This document shows positions 38,519 to 46,622 of a stretch of DNA of 64,000 nt, one piece after another. Both the position numbers and the translations under genes were made by a program. This DNA comes from Bacteroidaceae bacterium (lineage in GTDB: Bacteria > Bacteroidota > Bacteroidia > Bacteroidales > Barnesiellaceae_A), in contig JAFUOV010000012.1 of assembly GCA_017481745.1 (NCBI GenBank), positions 28,181 through 92,180 on the forward strand, read 5' to 3'. How positions within the stretch are numbered: position 1 is the first letter of the stretch; each line of letters begins with the position of its first letter. The notes under the pieces were generated by a model. That model did not search any database, was not told where the DNA came from, and worked only from the letters and a program-made list of their open reading frames with translations.

Positions 38519-40364
38519 TCTCGAAAAAAGGAAATGGGTGATAGCCGGTGCTGTGTTGGCAGTGGTGGCAATCTATATCGTGCGCTTGTTTATGTTGCAA
38601 GTGGGCGACAACGATTACAAGCGTTATGCCGATAGCAATGCCTTCCAGCGCAAGATACTCTATCCTTCTCGAGGTTTTATATACGACCGCAACGGCGAGT
38701 TGATGGTGTATAACCAGCCGGCATACGATGTGATGATGATACCGCGCGAGGTGCGTGGGCTCGATACACTCGACTTCTGCAATACGTTGGGTATTACCAT
38801 TGAGCAGTTCGAGAAGTATATATCCGACATGAAAGACCGTCGCAAGAACCCTGGCTATTCGACCTATACCCCGCAGGTGTTTATGACACAACTCTCGGCA
38901 CAAGATTATGGTCGCTTACAGGAGAAGTTGTATAAATACCCCGGTTTCTATACGCAAAACAGGGTGTTGCGACAATATAGCCGACCTATTGCTGCCAATG
39001 TGCTTGGCAATATACGCGAGGTGTCGCCCTCCGATATCGAGAAGGACGACTACTATCGTCGTGGCGACTATACGGGCGACTTGGGCGTAGAAAAGTCGTT
39101 TGAGGAGGTGCTACGTGGTGTCAAAGGCGAAGAGATACTTTTGCGCGATGCACATGGGCGCATCAAGGGTAAGTATGAAGATGGTCGTTATGATGTGCAG
39201 CCGGTATCGGGACGTAATATCACGCTCTCGATTGATGCCGACTTGCAAGCCTATGGCGAGAAACTGATGCGGGGTAAGACAGGCGCTATCGTTGCGATTG
39301 AGCCTGCTACGGGCGAGATATTGGCTCTCGTGTCTAGCCCTACCTACGACCCCTCTGTTTTGGTGGGTCGAGAGCGCGGAAAAAATTATGCCAAACTCAC
39401 TCGCGACCCTGCCAATCCGCTCTTCGATAGAGCTATTATGGCAATGTACCCTCCGGGCTCGACGTTCAAGCCTACACAGGGTCTTATTTTTCTTGAAGAG
39501 GGTATTATCACCCCCGAAACAAACTATCCTTGTACCGGGGGATTTGTGGTGGGAGGCTTGCGTGTAGGTTGTCATGCTCACCCGTCGCCACTGCCGTTGA
39601 TACCCTCATTGGCTACGTCGTGCAACGCATACTATTGCTATGGATTGCGCTCTATGCTCGATAATCGCCGACAATATGAAAGCACATCCGAGGCATTTGA
39701 GATATGGAAAAATCACCTTGTCTCGATGGGGTATGGCTATCGCCTTGGTGTCGACCTGCCCGGCGAGAAACGTGGCTTCTTGCCCAATAGCAAGTATTAC
39801 GATAAATTCTATGGCGAAAATCGTTGGCGTGCACTCACTATTATCTCTATCGCAATAGGACAGGGCGAGATACTTGCCACACCGTTGCAGATAGCCAATC
39901 TTGCAGCAACGATAGCCAATCGTGGATATTTCTATACGCCACACGTTGTCAAGTCTATACAAGATAGTATAATCGATACAACATATACTGAGCGTCGCTA
40001 TCCCTCAATTGACAGTCGTTATTATGACTATATAGTAGAGGGTATGCGTGCTGCTGTAACAGGTGGTACGTGTAAAACTGCCAACTTGCCCGACATTGAG
40101 GTGTGTGGTAAAACCGGTACAGCGCAAAATCCGCATGGTCGCGACCACTCGGCTTTCATGGGGTTTGCTCCTATGGACAACCCCCGTATTGCTATTGCAG
40201 TGTATGTTGAGAATGCCGGTTTCGGTGCTACCTATGGTGTGCCTATCGGTAGCCTTATGATGGAGTATTACCTCAAGGGTGAGATAACAGATCCGGCGCG
40301 AAAAGACCTCGAACATCGTATGTTTAACTCAAAAGTTGTAGGTAACAGTGGCAAGAAGCGTTAA
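38502..40364 (+). CDS. mrdA: Penicillin-binding protein 2 (elongation transpeptidase)
   Basis: 620 aa with the SxxK motif in PPGSTFKP, SCN (TSCNAY) and KTGTA. Its GTG start overlaps the end of mreD. Confidence 0.9.
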   Translation: MRKDYNLEKRKWVIAGAVLAVVAIYIVRLFMLQVGDNDYKRYADSNAFQRKILYPSRGFIYDRNGELMVYNQPAYDVMMIPREVRGLDTLDFCNTLGITIEQFEKYISDMKDRRKNPGYSTYTPQVFMTQLSAQDYGRLQEKLYKYPGFYTQNRVLRQYSRPIAANVLGNIREVSPSDIEKDDYYRRGDYTGDLGVEKSFEEVLRGVKGEEILLRDAHGRIKGKYEDGRYDVQPVSGRNITLSIDADLQAYGEKLMRGKTGAIVAIEPATGEILALVSSPTYDPSVLVGRERGKNYAKLTRDPANPLFDRAIMAMYPPGSTFKPTQGLIFLEEGIITPETNYPCTGGFVVGGLRVGCHAHPSPLPLIPSLATSCNAYYCYGLRSMLDNRRQYESTSEAFEIWKNHLVSMGYGYRLGVDLPGEKRGFLPNSKYYDKFYGENRWRALTIISIAIGQGEILATPLQIANLAATIANRGYFYTPHVVKSIQDSIIDTTYTERRYPSIDSRYYDYIVEGMRAAVTGGTCKTANLPDIEVCGKTGTAQNPHGRDHSAFMGFAPMDNPRIAIAVYVENAGFGATYGVPIGSLMMEYYLKGEITDPARKDLEHRMFNSKVVGNSGKKR

Positions 40365-41796
40365 TGTATGGAAATCTGTCGACAAGCTCACGATATTTCT
40401 TTACGTGGTGCTTGTCTTTCTCGGTTGGATAAGTATCTATGCTGCGAGCTACGATTATGACCAAGCGAGTATCTTCGATTTTGCCGAGCGCTCGGGTAAG
40501 CAGTTGGTATGGATAGGATTGTCATTCATCTTGGCATCGGCTATTATGCTCATCGACTCGCGTATGTTTGAGATATATGCCTACATGATATATATAGCCT
40601 TTATGCTCTTGTTGGTCTTTACGTTTATAGTTGCCGACGAGGTGAAAGGCTCCCGATCGTGGCTTACGATAACCGACTCTATACGGCTGCAACCGGCAGA
40701 GTTTGCCAAGTTTGCAACGGCTCTTGCCATTGCCAAGATGTTCAATGGCTATAACTTCAAGTTTACCAAACCTGCCAATTTCTTTAAGGTTGTGGGGCTG
40801 GTGCTGTTGCCTATGTTGCTTATTGTGATGCAGCAAGAAACAGGCTCGGCACTGGTCTATCTCTCTTTTATTTTTATGATGTATCGAGAGGGTATGACCG
40901 GACTGGTGCTGTTTGGTGGTATATGTGCGATACTCTATTTTGTGTTGGGTATCAAGTTTAGTGCCGACATGTGGATGGGTGCACCATTGGGCGAGAGTAT
41001 TGTGCTCATTATTATATGTGCGGTATTGGTGGGTATGATATACTTTTTTGCCGAAAATCGCCTTGTGGCTCGCAACCTATCTATTGGCTATATTGTGGCT
41101 GCCGTTGTTACTGCCATACTCATAGCTTGTGGCATTGAAGTCCCCATGCTGTATGTACTGTTGGGCATCGTTGCCTTGTCGTTGATATATCTGTTGGTGG
41201 TCTATTTTATGACCTTTTCGTCGCGTATATTGGTAGCCATTGCTGTAACCATAGTTTCGGTGGTATTTCTTTTCTCGTGCAATATGGTGTTCAGCAAGCT
41301 GCAACCGCACCAACGCACTCGTATAGAGGTGCTGTTGGGTATGAAAGAGGACTTGCGCGCAGCCGGATATAATGTCAACCAGTCGAAGATTGCCATCGGT
41401 TCGGGTGGCTTTTGGGGCAAAGGTTTCTTGAATGGTACGCAGACCAAGCTGAAGTATGTTCCCGAGCAAGATACCGACTTTATCTTCTGCACCATTGGCG
41501 AGGAAGAGGGCTTCTGGGGAGCATGTTTGGTGTTGGGATTGTTTACGGCGCTTATATTGCGCATCATGGTTATAGCCGAGCGACAGCCCCGACCATTTGG
41601 ACGTGTGTATGCTTATAGTGTGCTGGGCATCTTCTTCTTCCACCTATTTATTAATATAGGTATGGTGATAGGCTTGTGCCCGGTGATAGGTATTCCGTTG
41701 CCTTTCTTCAGCTACGGAGGCTCTTCTCTGTGGGGATTTACTATATTGCTCTTTATCCTGCTGCGCATAGATGCTTCGCGCAGTGAGCATTTCTGA
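40348..41796 (+). CDS. rodA: Rod shape-determining protein RodA (SEDS family)
   Basis: 482 aa with FTICTIGEEEGFWG...PLPFFSYGGSS. Its GTG start overlaps the end of mrdA. Confidence 0.9.
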   Translation: MARSVNVWKSVDKLTIFLYVVLVFLGWISIYAASYDYDQASIFDFAERSGKQLVWIGLSFILASAIMLIDSRMFEIYAYMIYIAFMLLLVFTFIVADEVKGSRSWLTITDSIRLQPAEFAKFATALAIAKMFNGYNFKFTKPANFFKVVGLVLLPMLLIVMQQETGSALVYLSFIFMMYREGMTGLVLFGGICAILYFVLGIKFSADMWMGAPLGESIVLIIICAVLVGMIYFFAENRLVARNLSIGYIVAAVVTAILIACGIEVPMLYVLLGIVALSLIYLLVVYFMTFSSRILVAIAVTIVSVVFLFSCNMVFSKLQPHQRTRIEVLLGMKEDLRAAGYNVNQSKIAIGSGGFWGKGFLNGTQTKLKYVPEQDTDFIFCTIGEEEGFWGACLVLGLFTALILRIMVIAERQPRPFGRVYAYSVLGIFFFHLFINIGMVIGLCPVIGIPLPFFSYGGSSLWGFTILLFILLRIDASRSEHF

Positions 41797-41799
41797 TGG

Positions 41800-42150
41800 T
41801 TATTCTTTCTCTTTCTCCTTGGCAGCCTCTCGCGGTATGGCGATAGAGGTATATAATTGCAAGAAAGCCGAGATTGTGAGTAATACAATCCAGTCGTTTC
41901 CTCCCTTAAACATGAGATATGAGGCAAAGATAAGTGTCAGCGTTGCCAACAGCTCTATCATGGATAGGCGGCGTAGGCGTGTATTCTTGCCACGATAGGG
42001 GGTGATGAGGCGTATGACCGACATGCCTGCTGCTCCTACGGCAAAGATGTAGGGTACCCACTCTTCGTGTACTATAAGGGGTAGAACAGCACCTACCACT
42101 ACCAGCATGGAGGATGTCTTGAATATAATATCTTTGATGTCAATTTTCAT
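41800..42150 (-). CDS. Hypothetical small membrane protein (about 4 TM)
   Basis: 116 aa, hydrophobic, with a Lys/Glu tail. It is convergent with rodA. Confidence 0.45.
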   Translation of the reverse strand: MKIDIKDIIFKTSSMLVVVGAVLPLIVHEEWVPYIFAVGAAGMSVIRLITPYRGKNTRLRRLSMIELLATLTLIFASYLMFKGGNDWIVLLTISAFLQLYTSIAIPREAAKEKEKE

Positions 42151-42184
42151 GATGGCTCTATTATGAATGTTTGCTGTGTAAGTA

Positions 42185-42499
42185 TTACTCCGAAATCACT
42201 ATATACACATCTTCATGCGCTTGCTGCATTCCATGTTTTTCGCGGGCAATGCGGTTGATGGTTATTGTGTCAGATTCCGAGTTGCTTATCTCTTCCTTCA
42301 GTTGCAGTATCTGCATCTCCTCTTGGGCGATGCTCTTTTCCAACTCGCGTATCTTGTTGTCGTTGCGACAGATGTCGATATAGTTGTTGCGAGCTATGAA
42401 CAGATGCCATATAACAAACGATACAATGAGGACAGGCGAAATGTATCGAATGACATACCTCTGCATAAAGTCCGATATTTTTTCTTTGTTCATCTTCAT
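42185..42499 (-). CDS. Septum formation initiator (FtsB/DivIC-like)
   Basis: 104 aa with a single TM followed by a coiled coil (IRELEKSIAQEEMQILQLKEEI) and the conserved tail INRIAREKHGM...EDVY. Confidence 0.75.
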   Translation of the reverse strand: MKMNKEKISDFMQRYVIRYISPVLIVSFVIWHLFIARNNYIDICRNDNKIRELEKSIAQEEMQILQLKEEISNSESDTITINRIAREKHGMQQAHEDVYIVISE

Positions 42500-42555
42500 T
42501 GTTGCGCTTTTTCCTGCTTGTGATACCGCTTGTTCCTATATTGAGAAGGATTTAT

Positions 42556-43269
42556 TTAATAACTCTCTTGTGCAATTATTGTTTCCAAGAATTGTGCTAC
42601 GAGAATAAGGTGGTCGGTATTTTTCCACTTTATTTTGTTCTCTTTCAAGAAGGTCTTAAAGGCTTTCTTTTGCTCCTTGTCGAGTATTTTGTTCACGCCG
42701 TTTTTGTTGGCATGACACATCTCGCGATTGTCTATGATAAAAACAGTGCGTTTGATGGTAGGCAAGGTGCGAGTATTGCGACGGTCGGCTATCATATCTT
42801 TGTATTGCCATGCGGCTACGTTGCCATGGTCTTTAAACGAAGATACGTTTTGTGTGGCTCCTGTCGAGGTGGCTGTTCCGTACGCACCATTATTATCGTC
42901 GAGCGCATGGAGGTCGCCTTCGCAAGTATGACCTATTATGATGCGGGTTGTTTGTGCTACTACTTCAACGTATAGACTTGCCTTGCGCAGTAACACAGTC
43001 TTGTCGGCGCATACTACCGAGTCGATACGATTGGCATCGCGCACAATCATGATTTTATCGCCGTCGGTAAAGTGCAATGCGTTGTTGAGCAGGTGCACAT
43101 TGATTTTGGCACTCTCGGGATTGCTGTTGTGATAGTATACAATAGCATCCTTAAAGTCTTCGTATAGATAGGGCCATCCTGTCGATGGCTCATATTCGTG
43201 TGTAAATTGTGCTGTTGCCAGGGTGGCTGTCAGACACACCAATAGGGCAGTGATAATATTTCTTTTCAT
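42556..43269 (-). CDS. Hypothetical secreted protein
   Basis: I chose the internal ATG (MKRNIITALLVCLTATLATAQ, a signal peptide). I recognised no family. Confidence 0.45.
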   Translation of the reverse strand: MKRNIITALLVCLTATLATAQFTHEYEPSTGWPYLYEDFKDAIVYYHNSNPESAKINVHLLNNALHFTDGDKIMIVRDANRIDSVVCADKTVLLRKASLYVEVVAQTTRIIIGHTCEGDLHALDDNNGAYGTATSTGATQNVSSFKDHGNVAAWQYKDMIADRRNTRTLPTIKRTVFIIDNREMCHANKNGVNKILDKEQKKAFKTFLKENKIKWKNTDHLILVAQFLETIIAQESY

Positions 43270-43513
43270 CGCTTTTCGTTTTGCGTGATACATAGTTTTC
43301 GCTACGAAATTACACATATTTTTATACTCAATGCTATTTTGAGCCGACAATTCTGCTCAACAGTTCTTGTTTTTATTGATTTTTAATAAAATATATCTCG
43401 GGTGAAAGTGCTCTTAAATTCTTAAATTATCGAAAAACGATAAATATTTATTGATAAATTTTGTTTTGTTCAAAAAAATGTTGCACTTTTGCAGTGCCAA
43501 AATTTTGTTTTAC

Positions 43514-43521
43514 TATATTTG
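43514..43521 (+). promoter_or_regulatory. -7 box tatatttg for the M16 peptidase gene
   Basis: It matches TAnnTTTG 37 nt upstream of the ATG at 43558. Confidence 0.4.
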
Positions 43522-43557
43522 TGATTAAAACATAACAACCAAATAAAAACATTAACT

Positions 43558-46470
43558 ATGAGAACAAGAAATTTAGCGTTGCTGTTGCTCATGCTCGTAT
43601 GCTCTTGCTGCTATTCGGTAGCACAAGGCTTGAGTACATTCACTCTGCGTAATGGTGCAACAGTGTACATCTGGGAAGACAAGTCGCAACCCGATGTATA
43701 TGGTATGGTGACATTCAATGTTGGTTCTATCGACGACCCGACAGAGTATACCGGATTGGCTCACTACTTGGAGCACGTGATGTTTAAGGGTACTCAGACT
43801 ATCGGATGTCTCGATTGGGCAAAAGAGAAACCGCTGTACGACCAAATTATTGCCAAATATGACGAGATGGCGGCTGCTACAAAAGCCGAGGAGAAAGAGG
43901 CAATAGGTCTTGAAATCAACAAACTGTCGGTTGAGGCTGCTCAATATGCTGCTGCCAACGAGTTTACTCTCTTGGTCGACGGTATGGGTGGTCAAGGCTT
44001 GAATGCCGGTACCGGTTATGACCAGACTTCATACTTCAATACATTCCCTCCCACACAGCTCGAAAAGTGGTTGGAGCTATATAGCGAGCGTCTTGTAGAC
44101 CCCGTATTCCGTGGTTTCCAAACCGAGCTTGAGGCTGTTTATGAGGAGTATAACATGTATCAAGACAACATGGGTTCTAATCTCTCACAATTCCTCTTTG
44201 GACAAGCCTTCAAAGGCACTCCTTATGGACGTCCCATCATTGGCTTGCCCGAGCACTTGAAGAACCCCAGCTTGAGCCGTTTGATTGACTTCTATGAGAA
44301 TTGGTATGGTCCTGAGAATATGGCTATTATTCTTGTTGGTAATGTTGATGCAGCTACTGCTGTTCCCTTGATTAAGCAAAAGTTTGAGCGCATCAGTCGT
44401 CGTGCTACTCAACCCCACCAAGCCATTGAGCGCACTCCCTTCAAAGGTCGTAAAGCTATCTCGGAGAAGTTGTTCTATCAACCCTTCGTGGTAATGATGT
44501 ATAATGGTGTATCGTCGAATGCCGAGGATGAGATTGCTATTTCGGTAGCTACTCAGTTGCTTACCAATGCCCAGTCGAGCGGTATCTTGGATAAGCTCAC
44601 TGTCGATGGCGACATCATGGGTGCTGCAGCTGCTCCTACCGGTTTCCGCACAGGTGGTATTGTTATGGTGCAAGCATATCCCTCTTACGACCAAGGTCAA
44701 GGTGTGTACGACAGCCACTCGTCGGTCGAGAAAAAAGTATTGGCAGCTATCGAGCAGTTGCGCAATGGCGAGTTTACTGCCGAGCAGCTCGAGGCTGTGA
44801 AAAACGCTATGATACGTAGCTACAAGTTGGCTATGGAGTCGAGCGAGATGAAAGCTCAAAACTTGGCTTCTCTCTTCAATACCGGTACCAATCCTGTTGA
44901 GTTGCTTGCATATTGCGACAAGGTTGCTGCCGTTACAGCCGACGACGTGAAAGCCGTTGCCGAGAAGTATCTCAATAACGATTATTTGGTTGTCAACGTA
45001 CAAGAGTTGCGTGGCGATCGCAAGACTGAGAAGCTCGACAAGGTTGCCAAGCCCGGTTATGAGCCTGTTGAGGCTGTGCGTGGCGTTAAGAGCGACTATG
45101 CTCAATATCTCGAGTCGATGGATGTGCTGCCTGTTGAACCCGAGTTCTGCGATTTCAACTCGGTACAAGAGCGCACCATCAACAGCCGTAGCAAACTCTA
45201 TTATACCGAAAACCCCGAGAACGACGTATATAGTCTCACATTGCGTTATGGCGTAGGTACTCGCCGCATGCCTATTCTTGAGTATGCTGTTCCTTTGATG
45301 AACAATGCCGGTATCTTGGCTTTCCAATCGCCCTACGAGTTTAAGCAAGCATTGGCTCGCCTCAATACAACCATATACTACTCTGTTTCGGAGGATTATA
45401 TGACTGTAACCATGTATGGTTCGGAGAGCTCTCTCACTGCCGCTTGTCAACTCTTGCAACGTCAGATCTTGATGCCTCAATTGGACGAAAAGCAAGTCTA
45501 CTCGATTATCGGTCAAGAGTATAGCGGTCGTATGAGCGAAAAGCAAAGCGTTGAGTCGCAACAACAAGCCTTGTTGCAATATTTGTTGCATGGCGAGAAC
45601 TCCGACTACCTCACTCGCATGCCTCTCAAGAAAGTTGTCGAACTCACTGCCGGTGAATTGTCGGCTGCATTCCTCGAGGCTACCAAGTACGAGTTTGCTG
45701 CTCACTATGTGGGTAACATGCCTTTCGAGCAACTCTACGGCATCTTGAGCAAGAACCTGCCTCTTGTAGAGAATGAGCAAGAGTCGCTCTCGCCCGAGTT
45801 TGAGGAGCGTGTTGCCTACAACGAGAATACCATATACTTCTTGCCCAACGACAAGGCAAAACAAAGCAATATCTACTTCTTTGTTGAAGGTGAGTCTTTG
45901 GATATTAAAGATAATGTATTGTTGCAAGCCTTTACAACCTACTTCGGTGCAGGTTTTGGCAGCCTTGTAGTAGACGAGATACGTGAGAAACGTGCTATGG
46001 CATACACTGCCTATGGTGTAGTGCGTGCACCTCAAGTGCCCGGTAAGGATTGGATGTTTATGGGTTATGTAGGTACACAAGCAGACAAAACCTTGGAAGC
46101 ATTGCAAGTATACACCGACTTGTTGAACAATATGCCTCAACTCAGTGGCAATTTTGATGTGATAAAGACCAACATGCGCGAGTCGCAGTTGAGCAACAAG
46201 CCCGGTTTCCGCAACCGCAGTGCTGTGATAGAGTATTGGAAACGTATGGGTTACACTCAAGATCCCTCTATCGACGATATGAAGCGTATCGACGAACTTA
46301 CATTCGATGATGTTGTGAAGTTCTACGAAGAGAACATCAAGGGCAAACCCATTGCAATAGCCATCGTGGGTAGTCCCAAAGATGTCAAAGAGAAAGACCT
46401 CGCCAAGTTTGGTAAAGTTGTGAAGATACAACGTTCTAAACTCTATACCGACGATTCTCTCCCCTACTAA
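43558..46470 (+). CDS. M16 (pitrilysin/insulinase) family zinc peptidase, double-length form
   Basis: 970 aa with a signal peptide and the inverted zinc motif HYLEHVMFKGT (HxxEH). The second, inactive-type M16 halves follow. Confidence 0.85.
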   Translation: MRTRNLALLLLMLVCSCCYSVAQGLSTFTLRNGATVYIWEDKSQPDVYGMVTFNVGSIDDPTEYTGLAHYLEHVMFKGTQTIGCLDWAKEKPLYDQIIAKYDEMAAATKAEEKEAIGLEINKLSVEAAQYAAANEFTLLVDGMGGQGLNAGTGYDQTSYFNTFPPTQLEKWLELYSERLVDPVFRGFQTELEAVYEEYNMYQDNMGSNLSQFLFGQAFKGTPYGRPIIGLPEHLKNPSLSRLIDFYENWYGPENMAIILVGNVDAATAVPLIKQKFERISRRATQPHQAIERTPFKGRKAISEKLFYQPFVVMMYNGVSSNAEDEIAISVATQLLTNAQSSGILDKLTVDGDIMGAAAAPTGFRTGGIVMVQAYPSYDQGQGVYDSHSSVEKKVLAAIEQLRNGEFTAEQLEAVKNAMIRSYKLAMESSEMKAQNLASLFNTGTNPVELLAYCDKVAAVTADDVKAVAEKYLNNDYLVVNVQELRGDRKTEKLDKVAKPGYEPVEAVRGVKSDYAQYLESMDVLPVEPEFCDFNSVQERTINSRSKLYYTENPENDVYSLTLRYGVGTRRMPILEYAVPLMNNAGILAFQSPYEFKQALARLNTTIYYSVSEDYMTVTMYGSESSLTAACQLLQRQILMPQLDEKQVYSIIGQEYSGRMSEKQSVESQQQALLQYLLHGENSDYLTRMPLKKVVELTAGELSAAFLEATKYEFAAHYVGNMPFEQLYGILSKNLPLVENEQESLSPEFEERVAYNENTIYFLPNDKAKQSNIYFFVEGESLDIKDNVLLQAFTTYFGAGFGSLVVDEIREKRAMAYTAYGVVRAPQVPGKDWMFMGYVGTQADKTLEALQVYTDLLNNMPQLSGNFDVIKTNMRESQLSNKPGFRNRSAVIEYWKRMGYTQDPSIDDMKRIDELTFDDVVKFYEENIKGKPIAIAIVGSPKDVKEKDLAKFGKVVKIQRSKLYTDDSLPY

Positions 46471-46490
46471 GAGATATAATATATATGTAT

Positions 46491-46524
46491 AAAAAGAGCA
46501 GCCTCTCGAGAGGCTGCTCTTTTT
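46491..46524. terminator. Bidirectional rho-independent terminator
   Basis: aaaaagagcagcctc-tcga-gaggctgctcttttt lies between convergent genes. Confidence 0.85.
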
Positions 46525-46622
46525 GTATCATGATGGTTGTGTGTAAGTTCCGGTATAGCTTGTTGTAAGGAAGTGTGTTGTTGGCTGAAATCTTTTTTAG
46601 TGGGATTGCGCTTTGCGGTAGT

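Noticed and set aside
44185-46431. Very long antisense ORFs inside real genes. They are the 748-aa ORF opposite the M16 peptidase, 393 aa opposite pyrG (5033-6214), 469 aa opposite the CotH gene (59671-61080), 291 aa opposite DUF4861 (26527-27402) and 270 aa opposite the permease (57957-58769).
   Set aside because: In every case I checked, the antisense ORF is in the codon-aligned frame (same position modulo 3 as the sense codons). In that frame, antisense stops can arise only from sense TTA, CTA or TCA codons. The sense genes here use TTG/CTC/CTT for Leu and TCG/AGC for Ser almost exclusively, so that frame stays open by codon bias. The translated products are low-complexity (V/L/G/H-rich) with no recognisable motifs.
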